Source of the DNA: Blepharisma stoltei ATCC 30299 | Lineage: Eukaryota; Protista; Ciliophora | Direction: 5' to 3' | Length of the DNA stretch: 64,000 nucleotides | NCBI GenBank assembly: GCA_965603825.1 | Contig: CBFDEM010000030.1 | Span: 434,001 to 498,000 of the forward strand | In this document: in pieces, positions 23,003 to 35,738 of the stretch | How positions within the stretch are numbered: the stretch's first letter is position 1 | Layout: the number at the start of each line of letters is the position of its first letter | The notes under the pieces: model-generated | The model's database searches: none | What the model was told of the DNA's origin: nothing | What the model saw: the letters and a program-made list of their open reading frames with translations, nothing else | Translations under genes and position numbers: made by a program

Positions 23003-26000
23003 TTAAAAATTTTTAGCGCTTTCAAGCTCTCGTAAGCGAGCTCGGCTCTGCATGAGTAAACTGACCCTAGTGTTTAAATCTTGCTTTGGAGAAGTTGTGC
23101 TGATAATTTTTGTTGGCATTGTGTTTCCACCTCTAAGAGGTGATAAAGTGCTTCTTGCTGGTGAATTTCCTCTTGTGTTTATAGGAGACTCTGCTTCTAA
23201 AGTTTCCAGTAGGATTGCGGCAGCATTTCCTAGCCTTTCTTGTTGCTCTGGAGAGGTCTTTTTATTTATAGGAGTTGACAATCCAAAAGACTCATAAGGA
23301 GATGTAGAAACCATTATTGAAGGTTTGCTTATAAATGGAGATGCCTGAGTACTTCTTAGAGGTGTACTCAGCATTGATAGCGTCCTTTCTTTATATTCCT
23401 TCGCCCTCAGTGATAGCTCTTTTTCTAGACTTTCAAATAAATGTCTATTTTTTGCTTCAAGTTCTGAGAGTTCACGCTGGAGATCTTTGTTATCATTTTG
23501 TAATTTATTGTGCTTTTCTTCCCATTCTTCACCTGTTTTTGTGGCAATTTCAATGACTTCAAGCTGCTCTGATATTTGCTGGCCTAGTTTTTCAATTTCG
23601 TATTTCATGTCGTTTATGCTTTGTTTGAGGTACCGGTTTTCTTGCTCGTAGGAAGCGATGCTTTCTTCTGTAAGAGATTGGTTTTCTGATATAAATTGTT
23701 TGGCTTTGCCATGCTCATATGAAATATTGTCAAGATCAGCTTTTAGATCAAGGTTTTCTCTTGATTTTTTATCAAGCTCTGACTGTAAATTGAATTTTTC
23801 TTTAGTAAGCTGATCTATGAATAGCTTGAGATCTGAGCATTCTCTTTTTAGCCTTTCTAAATCTGATTTTAAATCTGAAAATTCTTTAGTTGTTTTGTCA
23901 GCAGAAAATGACCAAGTGTTCTTTTCAGATTCATATCTGTTTGCGACCTGTGATAATTTGGTAGAGGTATTGTCAAGTTGAGATTGGGCTTGTTTTAATA
24001 AATCGTCAGTCTTTCTTTTCTCCTCATATATATATTGAAGATTGTTTTCTATTTGGAGCCTTTTAGATCTCTCTTCATCTATTGTTTGTTCTAGCTGCTT
24101 TCTTTTTATTTTTTCTTCTTCAAGCTGCTTTGCTAATTGAGTATTTCTGAAGCTTTCTTCACTAATTTGTCTTTCTACTTGATTTCTTTTGAACATTTCG
24201 TCTTCAAACTGCTTAGATGTTTGGTTTCTTTTGAAGTTTTCTTCATCAATTTGCCGCTGTAGATTGATTATTCGGAATTTATTTTCTTCAATAATTTGCT
24301 CCATGTGGGCTCTCTTAGCTTTTTCATCTTCTGCTATCCTTTGAAACTGATCTCTTTTATATCTTTCTTCATTAATTTGACTTATGTAGCCTTCTTTTTC
24401 TTTGTTATGCTGCATTTTTAAGCCTTCAATCGAATTTTTAATACTTATATTTTCATCAGCAAGACTTTGCTTTTGGAATTCAAGCTCTTTGTTTTTCGAA
24501 ATCGAGTAGTCTAAGTCGTCTCTCATTCTCATCAATTGATTTCCGTATTCTTGAACTTTCACTTCTAACCTTTCTTTATGGTTTAGCTCTGTATTCAGCT
24601 TATCTGAAAGCCTTTCAATTTCAATATTGGCATCTTGGGTATTTATTTCAAGTTGCCTATTTCGATTTGCTAGTTTTTCAAATTCTGAGTCTTTATATTC
24701 ATTTGCTTTAATCTGCGAAATCTGTTGAGACTCAAATGATTGGATTTCTCTTGCTAGCACTTTATTTCTTGCTTGAACCTGCTCAAGATCCCCTTTTGCT
24801 TTATAAAATTTTTCTGTTACTTCTTGAAATTCTATTTCAAGCCTCTCATTTTTTGTGTGCTCGTCTCTAAAAGATATCTCTAGCTTCTCCTTTTCTATTT
24901 TCGACTCCTGGTATTGTGATGATAACTGTTTAAGCTCATGCAGAAGCCGATCATTATCTTTGCATTTATTTTCAAGCTTATATTCAAGATCTTTAAGTTG
25001 TGCTTCTAATTTTCTTTGTTTTGCATTGAACTCAGATTCTACAGTTTTTATTAATTTTTCATTTCTCTTATTGTTGGATTCGATTTCTATGTCATAATCT
25101 CTTTCTTTTATGCCAATTACTGGTGATCTTGATCTGTCAGGGGTTATGCGCTCTTGAGGAAACAAATGTGTGTCTGTTGATAAATTTTGCTGTTTTATGT
25201 TTCTTGTTATACTTATTCTGTCTTGCTTTAAGATTTCGGTTGTATCTTGATCGTACTGATTTTCAGACAATCCTTGTAAGGAATAAGGTGATACTGCTCT
25301 GTTTCGGTGAAGGTTTTCTTCAATAGAATTCCTGTTACCAAGCACACTTCTTGGCCGATTTATCAGATTTTGCCTTTCATCTTCTATCAAGGAAAACCTT
25401 GGCATGATTTCTTGGTTTCTTTCGTTGGTAATATCAAAAGATCTTGGATTTCTAGTTAAGGAGACATCGCGCTTAATTTCTCGATTCTCGATGTGTTGGG
25501 AAGGATCTTGCCACTTAAGAGGAGTTATTGCTCGTGATCTTGATGCTTTAATTTTGGTTGATCTATATGGTGAATTTATGTCATTGCCAAGACTGATACA
25601 AAATCCACCGCCACATGCAATAAATCTGACTTGCTTGTCTTTTAATGCTAAAACGGGAGTCAAACTTGTCCTTGGCTCTGAGTCTCCAAGACCCAGCTCT
25701 CCATTAGTATTAGTACCCCACACAAATAAATTATTTGCACAATCCAATGCAGCTCCAAAATTTCCTCCAATAGCTACATCTCTTATAGGCCCGCTGCTGC
25801 TATTAAATCTTTGTGGCAATAAATATTCTCCAAATGCTCCTGTTCCTCACACATATAAATTTCCTTTATCACTTAGCGCAGCTGAGTGTTGTCCTGCACT
25901 TACTTTTTCAATATAAATATTTTCAAAATATTTTATTTTTTCCGGCTTATTATAGCTTTTTTTATCACCTGTCCCCAGCTGTCCAAAAGAATTGCCACCC

Positions 26001-26665
26001 ATTGCATAAGCACTTCCACTGACTGTAATAAAAAGAGTATGATAAACTCCTGAAGCTGCGTACATGACATCTTCATTAGTTTGAATACAAACTGGCACTA
26101 ATTCTTTTTCCCTTCTTCCAGTTCCTAACTGTCCAGCCTCACCAGCTCCACAAGTAAGCAATATTCTCCTATATCCATCATCTGCAACTAAAGCTGTGTG
26201 TCTTGATCCACAGCTTACCTGTACAATTTTTATATTCTCAGGAATATCCATTCTTACAGGCAATCACTGAGTTTCATTACTTCCATTCCCAAGTGCTCCA
26301 AACTCTCCAACACCCCACGCAAACGCCAGCCCTTGTTCTGTCACCACTACAGTATGCCCCCATCCACATGATATTTTAGCAGCTTTATAATTCGTCAGCC
26401 TTTCGACCAGGCAAGGTGCTGAAGTCTGCCTCATTGCTTTATCTCCATTTCCAAGCCGTCCTTCACTATTGCTGCCCATACAATAAACATGCCCGGCTGC
26501 AGACACAAAAGCACTATGCTCTTCTCCACAAGAAATATCTTTTATTGTCACATTAAAGCTACAAAACCTTGGCACTGTGTAAGTTTTCCCATTAAGCTTT
26601 CCACCCAGCCCAAGCTGTCCAAAATGATCCACTCCCCACGCAAAAATTTCTGTATATCCTTCCAT
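23003..26665 (-). CDS. RCC1-repeat beta-propeller plus long coiled coil, about 1220 aa
   Basis: Repeated GQLG/GRLG/CGxxH motifs; LYV[W]GTG at TGA 25847; TGA 26264; all three ORFs in frame. Confidence 0.9.
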
Positions 26666-26706
26666 GTTTAACGTTTATTTTGAAAATTGTGTGTGAATGA
26701 ATAAAA

Positions 26707-27282
26707 ATGTTTAAGAATACATTTCAGTCAGGGTTTCTCTCAATCTTATACAGCATCGGGAGCAAGCCTTTGCAGATTTGGGATAAAAGTGTAAGGAACG
26801 GACACATAAAGCGTATAACTGATCAAGATATTCAAAGCTCGGTGCTGGAAATCATGGGAACCAATGTAAGCACAACTTATATAACGTGTCCGGCAGACCC
26901 AAACAGCACGTTAGGAATTAAGCTGCCGTTTTTGGTTATGATCATAAAGAATTTGAAGAAATATTTCACGTTTGAGGTGCAGGTGCTGGATGATAAAAAT
27001 ATAAGGAGACGGTTTCGCGCTTCAAATTACCAGAGCACGACAAGGGTAAAGCCTTTCATATGCACAATGCCTATGAGACTTGATGAAGGTTGGAACCAAA
27101 TACAATTTAACCTTTCTGACTTTACGAGAAGAGCATATGGGACGAATTACATTGAGACACTCAGGGTACAAATACATGCCAATTGTAGGATGAGAAGAAT
27201 CTATTTCTCGGATAGACTGTACTCAGAAGAAGAGCTACCACCTGAATTCAAGCTATTCTTGCCACTTCAAAAACAACAATAG
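26707..27282 (+). CDS. CFAP20: Cilia- and flagella-associated protein 20 (BUG22)
   Basis: Near-invariant [25 protein letters not shown]...[17 protein letters not shown]. Confidence 0.98.
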   Translation: MFKNTFQSGFLSILYSIGSKPLQIWDKSVRNGHIKRITDQDIQSSVLEIMGTNVSTTYITCPADPNSTLGIKLPFLVMIIKNLKKYFTFEVQVLDDKNIRRRFRASNYQSTTRVKPFICTMPMRLDEGWNQIQFNLSDFTRRAYGTNYIETLRVQIHANCRMRRIYFSDRLYSEEELPPEFKLFLPLQKQQ

Positions 27283-27641
27283 TTAGATAATCCGAAATTT
27301 AAGGTAAGCTCATTTTTTCTTAATTTTTGGCTTTAAGATTTAAAATTGGGATATTTATATAGAATGTCTATGATTTAGCAATATTTACAGTTTTATAAAG
27401 CAAAAAGCGTTATAATGCTTCTATAAAAACATTCAAAATTCAATTTTTGCCGACTAATCATCAAATTTATATTTTCATTTGGCAAATATCCGTCAGCTTT
27501 ACTATATGGTAAGAACTATTGTATATTTAAATTAATTATAAAATTCTCATAATTTCATTGCTTTTAGATAAGAAAAACAATTAGCGAGAAAGTATACTTC
27601 AAGTTGAATTCGAAGTGTAAATACTTTATAAAACGACTAAT

Positions 27642-28643
27642 ATGGCAGAGAACTCAGGCTTGCCAATTCTTGACAAAGCTCTTGACGAAGCAAACTTCTA
27701 CCTTAAACAAAGTCTACCCCCGTGGAATGAAGCGTCAGGTCTCCAAAGACTTATAATTTTCTTTTTCAAGCTTGCTATTATTTTACCTGTGCTTATATTA
27801 ATTGGCATAATCATTGCTGGGTACTCACTGTATATAATATTTTACGTCTATCCTTTGGTATCTAGCACTTCAGATTCCCCCGATCTTTATTTTTGGCACT
27901 CAAACTCCGAGAAATTTACAGCGGAACTCCGAGGGTGGGTTTGCTTTGGATTAAGCAGTTGGAATTTATTTTGGCTTTGCATAAGTGTATACAGAGCGAT
28001 GATGACAAGTCCAGGAGAGGTCCCGAATACTTCAACTTGGGAAATTACTTCAATTAATAAAGAAGTGTCAGAATCTACACCACTTACTACAGAAAATAGG
28101 AAGGACGGAGGAATAAGAATATGTGTCCATTGCAATTTAAAAAAGCCAGACCGATGCCATCATTGCAAGCAATGTGGAAAATGCTGCTTAAAAATGGACC
28201 ATCATTGCAATTGGATAGCAAATTGTGTAGGATATTATAACTACAAGTATTTTTATCTGACAATATTTTATGGAGCTAGTGCAATGGCAATTTTTATTGC
28301 TACGTTCTGGGAAAGTGTAGTGGTAGCGTTATATGATAAAGAGACATCAAATTCAATGTCTTTCATTATTGTTCTCACTTATTCATTAATGACGATGCTT
28401 GGAGTGACAATAATAGCGTTTTGCATATTCCATACATGGATGATAGCAAATAATTATACGTCAATTGAATTCTGTGAAAAACGAAGGTTTAAGGTTCCAG
28501 GATATGAAAAATCTCCCTATTCTATTTCAACAATAGAAAATTTTAAAGAAGCTTTAGGACAAAATCCATTATTATGGTATTTCCCATTCGAGTCAAGAGG
28601 CAAAGAAGATAAAGGACTTTACTTCAAATCCAAAAAGTATTAA
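27642..28643 (+). CDS. DHHC palmitoyltransferase
   Basis: KPDRCHHC...KMDHHCNWIANCVG motif with 4 TM helices. Confidence 0.95.
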   Translation: MAENSGLPILDKALDEANFYLKQSLPPWNEASGLQRLIIFFFKLAIILPVLILIGIIIAGYSLYIIFYVYPLVSSTSDSPDLYFWHSNSEKFTAELRGWVCFGLSSWNLFWLCISVYRAMMTSPGEVPNTSTWEITSINKEVSESTPLTTENRKDGGIRICVHCNLKKPDRCHHCKQCGKCCLKMDHHCNWIANCVGYYNYKYFYLTIFYGASAMAIFIATFWESVVVALYDKETSNSMSFIIVLTYSLMTMLGVTIIAFCIFHTWMIANNYTSIEFCEKRRFKVPGYEKSPYSISTIENFKEALGQNPLLWYFPFESRGKEDKGLYFKSKKY

Positions 28644-28719
28644 TTAATCTTATAATTCATAAAAAAACTATATATAAAAAGAAATCCCATTAACCACCTG
28701 ATATAGATCAAAAATAATA

Positions 28720-30129
28720 ATGGACAACTCAACTATTTCCTTCAATTTCAATACTTCCCTTAACTACTCACCTTCTCTTTACGAGGACCCAAAAATCAAG
28801 AATCTAGAATGAATGGATAAATTTACACACAATTACGAAATCGCCAGAAGGAAAGGTGAAAATTATGATGAAGAAATCAAAATCCTAAGAGACAAGATAA
28901 CATATCGCAGAAACGAGATAGCAAAATCAGGTCTTTTAAAGCCAGAAGATTTGAAAGGAAATAAAAAAATTGCTGATTTAGAAATGAATTTGTCATATAC
29001 AAATTCAATATTGGGGAAATTGTGCAACGAAAATAACGAATTGAAAGAGAAAATTCAAATATTGAGAAGAACTGCAATGAAATGTGAAAAAAGAGAAGAA
29101 GATATCAAGCATGAGATTATTAGGTCAAAAAGTGCAACAAAAACATATTGTTCGACTTCTTCTGCAAATTTGAAAAAAATCAAACTTAATGCAAATGCTC
29201 TATCTAAGCTTAATCAGTCGTTTATAGCAGAAAATACAAATTACACATATAGAGAGTCTGCACTTAACACTACACTTAGAGAGGTATCAAAAAGAACAAC
29301 CCCAACTAAATGAAAAAGACCAAGAACTCCTCATAGTGAATACTCTGATTTTCTAAAAGTATCTAAATTTTTAGCAAAAAATTGGGTGAAATTTGTAATA
29401 GCAAAGAAAGCGGACATGGACAAATATGATAATCATTTACAAGAAATTATCAGAGCATTTAATGCACTAGGAAGCTCAATAGCTGTCTACGATGTTACAG
29501 AAATTGCTGAAATAATTCTTTCTAGTTATGAGCAAGAACTTAGACTGAAAAACATGCTATTAGATATATCAGAAGAAGTCGAAAAAGTCCAAAAAAGCAT
29601 TGAAGGAACATATGAAAGCATTTGTGAAATAAAACAAAAAATGAAGGATGATAAAGCAATAAAAGACAACGAAATAGTACAAAAAAAAGAAGAATTAATG
29701 ATTGTAAAAGCACTGAAAGATAAGGAGATGGCTAAATTTAAATTTTTGGACAATGAATGTCAAGTATATTTCAAAAAAATTCAGCAAATAAATAAAAGAA
29801 TCAAAAATTTTGAGTCTTTTTCTATAGTGACCAAACAGCAATATTTAACGAATGTTGTTGATTTTTCAAATCATGAAAAATATATTAGCCGATTAGAAGA
29901 AAATATTAGGGCGATACAGTCAATCATATTTTCTATGGATGGTAAAAAAATTATTACTCCAATTAACAATTTTCCAAAGGTTCATAGTGCGCTGCTAAAT
30001 AAGATTAAAGATGCAGATGTTGAAGTTTTTACTCCTGAGTTTGATGAGATGATTGAACCTTTGTCACGAGCTCATTTTACCCATAGGGCTAGAAAATATA
30101 TAGATCGCAATCCATTGCATACAAATTAG
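28720..30129 (+). CDS. Coiled-coil protein, possibly a divergent ODA docking-complex (ODAD1/DC2-like) subunit, about 469 aa
   Basis: ATG 28720 in frame across TGA 28810 and 29311. MDKFTHNYEIARRK and NNELKEKIQILRR resemble DC2 segments (from memory). Confidence 0.6.
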
Positions 30130-30411
30130 ATACGGCTCATTTATTTTTAAATTATAATTGTATAAACTCGCTTAAATTATTTATATTTACTTTTAGAAAT
30201 TAGGAGCAGTAAATGAATTATCTGGATAAAAAACTTATTCAGTGAAAAAAAATTGAAATGATTTTAAATAAAATAAAAATGGGTAATTTCAGCAGAAAAA
30301 AGACTATCTAAAAGAAATAGCTGAAGTTTACATGATTTATAGGGCTTGCTTATCTTCTTGCATGTCGAAATACTTCATATGAGAAATAAAGAATTAATTT
30401 TAAAGGCATAA

Positions 30412-32550
30412 TTATCTAAGTCCAAACCCTTCAGCATTATCAATTGCAAGCAATATCAACTTCCTCATCGTTTCTTTATTACTATATTCCGGCAAAAGTA
30501 AATGGTTAAAGCAAGTGTGTGCAGTCATCAATCGATCTGAATCGTCTCCATTCCTCGAGATTACAAATTCAAGTGTTCCAAGCCCATTAATTGGAGCTCG
30601 ATCAGACCCTGTCACAAACTTCAAAAATTTTCTTTTTTCTTCCTCAGTAAACGAATGCACAATTTCCCAAAACATAATGACCTATATAAAATTTACAGTT
30701 TTGGAGTTTCTATTAAAACCTTCATATTTTGTGTACTTTTCAAGCTCAAAAAAGTCTAAAACTGGGTTACCGCATATTAAAAGCTCAAGTTCTTTCGGTT
30801 TAAACCAATGAATGACGTCGCCTTCACAAACCTTGAAAAATCCACGTTTAAATGCTTCAAAAATTTCCGAAATCCCTCTATTAAGCCACCAGTCTACATA
30901 TAAATCCACAAATTCTTGCCTATTTTCATTAGTGACAGGAATTTTTGACCCGTTTTCTTTGAGCTCATGGACAATTACTTGGTCAAACATTTTGGTTTCC
31001 AATATAAAATTGCGGCAGTATACTTCTTCAACATTTTCTTCAGTTTGTAGCATGATCTCTAGTTGCTTAACTAAATCAGGATCCAGCTCTCTTAAATCAT
31101 CAATAGTTGTCTGTATTCCTAGTAGCTTTTTATAAACAACTAACGGCATTTGTATATCTAAAATGACGCCATTATAAATTGCCAGACCTAAAACAAGTCC
31201 AATCAGCTCAAAATTAATTTTCGCCTCCAATGTGTCAGGGTTAAACCAATAAATTCTTTGAGGTAAATATAAGTTAAACATGCTGAAGCTTGGGTCAAAA
31301 AGTTCTTTAATAACCAATTGGAAGAATTCTTTTTTGACTCCACCCGCATCTATTCCTTCTTCTCCTAAAAATATAACTCTCAAAGGTTTCCTGAAGTTTA
31401 TACGGCCACTTGATATCTGACTCAGCGTGTCTTCAATGAGATTATCCCTTCTTACTTCAAGGATTGCATAAATATCCATTAAAATCAAGTTTATTGGATT
31501 ATGAATTACTTGAAGCATTCTATACTTATTTTCATATTGCAAAAATGTTGACTTTGTATTCGCATCTAAAATTCACGGGTAAAATGCAAATGAAAATCCT
31601 CTAGGATCATTAATAGTTAGATTTTGCTGTTTTGCAGTCAGAAAAGCTTTGTATTCTTCTCTAATATCAATTTTGCCTTCTTCTTCTTTTCACTCTTCAA
31701 TACCTTCGTCATTTTCATCATTTCTTTCTTCTATATTTACAGCATCATTATAGAATTCTTTATAATCCAGCCTTTTATTTCTTTCATTTGATAGATAAAC
31801 TGCATTGGTCAGCTGCATCACATATGAAATTTGTCTTTTGTTTCCTCTATATCCGTCCAATATTTTTATCAATAGAAATTGTTTGACATTTCACAATATA
31901 TTTTGGAGTTTATCTTGATCAAGATCGTCTATATAAAAAGAAAATTCTTCTAGAAATTCACTCCTCAAGCACAAAAGTTCTGCTAGTTTTGCTAAAGTGT
32001 TATAATTTTCAATATCTGACAGCTCTGGCATAAATAAAAGCATTAGAACTATTCTTGGAATGTATAAGCTGCTATATCTGTCTCTAGGATAATTTTCTAT
32101 TGCTTGGTAAAGTCAATTATTGTCTAAAATTCCTTCTTGACAAAGATTTGATAGGTAGCCAAAAAAATTGCTTAATCCTTCCCAGTCAATTGATTTATTT
32201 TTGGAAGATAAATAATTATTGGGGATAAAATTGAGCCCAAATATCTTTAAATCTTGCATGGCATTTCTGATCTCAGCTGAGTCTGCGACCTTTATGTTTT
32301 CAATTGAGTGCTTGGAAGTAGGCTCTGGACAGAAAAAAAAATCAGAAGAAGCTTCAATGTCACCATTGGGAGCGCTTTTTAAAATGCTTAGAATTTTGGC
32401 TGCTGCTTGATTTGGATCTAGACTTGGGTATCCAGGGAATGCAGCACAATTAGGATTTAAGCAAAAATTTCTTCCGCAACCCTTTGTCGCTTGGATATGC
32501 GCTCGAAGAAAATCTGTTTTAAATTTAGCTTTTTGGACTTCCTCTGACAT
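30412..32550 (-). CDS. HECT E3 ligase with N-terminal AZUL zinc-binding domain (UBE3A-like), about 707 aa
   Basis: [13 protein letters not shown] (AZUL); [15 protein letters not shown]; AHTCFNHL; GFGLR. TGA at 32113, 31891, 31690 and 31573; intron 30682-30696. Confidence 0.92.
30682..30696 (-). other. 15-nt intron
   Basis: gtaaattttatatag; restores [11 protein letters not shown]. Confidence 0.9.
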
Positions 32551-32825
32551 TTCTTTATAACTTCTCTTTGGAAAATGAGAAAAATCTATTTTAAGCTCAA
32601 TTTTATAAAAATTAGCGAAATTATTTAGGAAAAGGAAAGTTTATGGCTTTAAAGCAATTGAATTTTATGCTTAACATTTAGATCTGATAATTCCTTAGCT
32701 GACGAGAATTTTGTTTACTGATGAAGAGGAGTTCATATAGGTTAATTAATTTCTATTAAATTTTAATTAAATTGCTATTTATATTGATTAATTAAGAAAC
32801 TTTTACTTGAGAATTTATCCTAAAC

Positions 32826-33968
32826 TTAATCCTCTGTTTCTTTTTCCCCTTTTTTCTTGCCTTTCTCAGCTAATTTTCCATTTTCCCATACTCCTTTTCT
32901 TGCTTTTCCTCTTTCATTAAATAGTGTGCCTTCTCCATGTTGTTTTCCATTAAGCCAATGCCCTTCATATTTTTTTCCATTAGGCCATCCAAAAATGCCA
33001 TATCCTTCTTTTTGATCCATTACATAATCTCCTTCATAATATCTTCCATCATCCCATTTGAATTTTCCTTTTCCATGCATTTTGTTGCTTTTCCATTCTC
33101 CTTCATATTCTCTCCCATTAGTCCAGACATATTTTCCTACACCTTCTATTTCATTATTCACAAATCCTCCTTCATAATGGCTTCCGTCAACCCATACAAA
33201 TTTTCCTTGCCCATTTTTAAAACCATCTCTATAGCTTCCTTCAAATTTTGAGCCATCAGGCCAGCTTTCTACTCCAAAACCTTCCTGCTTATCGTTGACC
33301 CAATCTCCTTCATAAACATTTTTCCCTATAGCATATTCCATGCGTCCTTTGCCTTGCATTTTTCCTTCAACCCAATCACCTGTGTACAAATCTCCTGCAG
33401 GGCTGATTCTTCTGCCTTTACCATGGAGTTTTCCAGCTTTCCAATTTCCTTCACAGATGCCTCCATCAGTGTAATACATTGTGCCTTTTCCTTGTGGTTG
33501 GCCTCTATCATTCCATTCTCCCACATATACACAGCCATCTGAAAGTTTGGTTGGGCCTCTCCAAGTGACTCCAGGCAGCTGAGTGTTTTCAAAAAGATAA
33601 GGGCCTGACTTATCAAACACTTCTTTTGCTTGTGGAGATAACAAATTTGCTGGAACTTCGTTTAACTCTTGGAAATTCATAGAATTAGCATTTTCTGAAG
33701 CCTTGCTTCTTGTTTCTTTAATAAATAATTTTCTTGACGAATATCCTCTAAAGGCAGACTGTACTTGAAGTATTTGACGAGGATTGTGAGTAGGTTTTAC
33801 CACAGCAGGCGCAATCACTGTTATTTGTGCTTCGGGCTGGATTGTTACTTGTTCAACTACATTTACGTTTTCTTGCTGAGTTTGGCTTTTTGTAGCTGGC
33901 TCGTTTCGTTCTTCAATCAAAACTCCTCCTTCTTCTTTTTTCGGACCCATACAATTGCACGCACCCAT
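32826..33968 (-). CDS. MORN-repeat protein with IQ motif and N-terminal acylation signal
   Basis: MGACNC; VQSAFRGYSSRK; repeated YEGxWxxxKxxGxG. Confidence 0.92.
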   Translation of the reverse strand: MGACNCMGPKKEEGGVLIEERNEPATKSQTQQENVNVVEQVTIQPEAQITVIAPAVVKPTHNPRQILQVQSAFRGYSSRKLFIKETRSKASENANSMNFQELNEVPANLLSPQAKEVFDKSGPYLFENTQLPGVTWRGPTKLSDGCVYVGEWNDRGQPQGKGTMYYTDGGICEGNWKAGKLHGKGRRISPAGDLYTGDWVEGKMQGKGRMEYAIGKNVYEGDWVNDKQEGFGVESWPDGSKFEGSYRDGFKNGQGKFVWVDGSHYEGGFVNNEIEGVGKYVWTNGREYEGEWKSNKMHGKGKFKWDDGRYYEGDYVMDQKEGYGIFGWPNGKKYEGHWLNGKQHGEGTLFNERGKARKGVWENGKLAEKGKKKGEKETED

Positions 33969-34039
33969 ATTGATTTATAAGCATTGGCTTATTAATGCAT
34001 ATTCTTTAATTTAAAATATTAGATAAGCGAAGTGAAAAT

Positions 34040-34243
34040 CCCCTTAAATGATCCTAGCGAGAGGAATTCTTGAGGGTTCTAGACCTAAAGATACAACTTT
34101 TTTTTTGACTAGTGACATCAGTTGGTGGTTGAAAAGAGATTCCTGTTTGAGCTTAATGCAGAAGAGGTTCTAACGGCTATGGGAATACAATTTATTATTA
34201 AGGTCTGACTCTGCACTTGATTTAGCCATCAAGGAATACAGGA
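34040..34243 (+). ncRNA. Candidate structured RNA (H/ACA-like hairpins)
   Basis: GC-elevated island in an AT-rich intergenic region. G-U-containing hairpins favour the + strand; ACA at 34093, 34187 and 34238; no family match recognised. Confidence 0.3.
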
Positions 34244-34596
34244 TTAGAAGTTTAATAAGTATAACATATGGTTATTTATATAAAATGGTATGAATTTAAG
34301 ACAGAATTTTTAATTTTGGGTATAGAAAATCTTAATAAATATCTTCCAAATCAAATTATTATTTATGATTGCATAAATCTGATCTCTTAAATAATATAGT
34401 AAATTAAGTAAAATAAATTTCAATACCTGAGCTGCAGTTTTTCACTATAATGAAACTCATAGTTATTCTAAAAGAATCAATGTATATCAAATGAGCTATT
34501 TCCATTTATTCTACGAATTCTAATTTAATAAATTCCAATTAAATCAAAAAAATATGCATTTCTTTTTAAACATTTTTTTTAACGGAAAATTAAATT

Positions 34597-35193
34597 ATGG
34601 AGTTATTCAAAGCAATAACGTTAGTCTGTCTAATCTCAGGAACATATGCAGGAATGGAGAATTTACCCTACGGGTTTAAACTAATTTGGACTTTCCCTAC
34701 AAAAGATACTGTACTATTTGATTTTTTTATACCAAATGAAATTCTCGAAAATTGGCGTTGGGCTGGAATAGGATTTAAACATATCGATGAGCCAGATCCT
34801 ACAATGGGCCATAGCGAGCTAATTACAATTACTTTTGACGGAGATAAAGTTGAAGACAGATGGGCTCATGGACATCTCACCCCTCAGCCAGATACTAAAG
34901 ATGGAGGCTACAATGACGTAATCCTTGAAGAAAAAAGAAATGAACATGGATATCGTGTTTATTCGTTTTCCAGACCTTTAGAAACATATGATTCTGTTCA
35001 CGACGTTAGCTTGGTGAAAAACGAAAAATATTGGATAATGTGGGCTTTTGGTCAAACTTTTAAAGGAGGAGTCATTGCTCATCCTATGTGGAACAGAGGA
35101 AAAGATTTATGTATTTTCAGTGAAGATTATATGGATGATGGCTCAGATGACCCATTTTTTGACGAAGATGATCATTATAGCCCTTTTTCATAA
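34597..35193 (+). CDS. Secreted DOMON domain protein
   Basis: Signal peptide; WAGIGF, conserved M in TMGHSE, FSRPLET, IMWAFG, C-terminal His. Confidence 0.88.
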   Translation: MELFKAITLVCLISGTYAGMENLPYGFKLIWTFPTKDTVLFDFFIPNEILENWRWAGIGFKHIDEPDPTMGHSELITITFDGDKVEDRWAHGHLTPQPDTKDGGYNDVILEEKRNEHGYRVYSFSRPLETYDSVHDVSLVKNEKYWIMWAFGQTFKGGVIAHPMWNRGKDLCIFSEDYMDDGSDDPFFDEDDHYSPFS

Positions 35194-35243
35194 AAATTAA
35201 TTAATGCAGCAATTTTTAGATTATTTTAGAATTTATAATTAAA

Positions 35244-35654
35244 ATGTCAAAGCTGTTCTTATTAGGACTCATCATTGCCTTTTCATTTGCAGAAGACCCT
35301 ATTGAAGGAATGATTGAAGTGACTGATAAAACATGGTATCAGCATCTTTGGGCAAATGATATTTTATTATGCAGCTTTTATACTCCAAAATGTATAGGAT
35401 GCATTCATTTCAAGCCACAGTATGAGAAATTGCCTGAGCTAGTCAGAGAAAAAGGACTAAATGTAGCTATTGCTAGGATGGATATTTTAGAAAGCCAGAA
35501 TACCCCAGTTTTATATGATGTTCATAGGTATCCTACAGTTATCCTATTTCATAAAGGAAAATTCGTCGAAGTTTATGATGGGCCAAAAAGTGCAGATTGG
35601 ATTATTGAATATTTAGAACTAAAAGTCAAAGAGCTTACAAAAGTTGAGCTTTAA
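35244..35654 (+). CDS. Thioredoxin/PDI-like single-domain secreted protein
   Basis: Signal peptide; FYTPKCIGC active site; YPTVILF cis-Pro motif. Confidence 0.88.
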   Translation: MSKLFLLGLIIAFSFAEDPIEGMIEVTDKTWYQHLWANDILLCSFYTPKCIGCIHFKPQYEKLPELVREKGLNVAIARMDILESQNTPVLYDVHRYPTVILFHKGKFVEVYDGPKSADWIIEYLELKVKELTKVEL

Positions 35655-35738
35655 TTAAGCATCTCCATTTCACATAAATCTCCCTCCTAAATTATATTTT
35701 CTAAATCTTCCTAAAAATGCGGCATATTTATTATAAAA

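Noticed and set aside
34205-34235. U2-like ggctaaatcaagtgcag on the minus strand, and RNase MRP-like gaaaatcccc near 34033
   Set aside because: No GUAGUA branch-pairing motif or U2 stem II; no matching MRP 3' P4 strand; no telomerase template.
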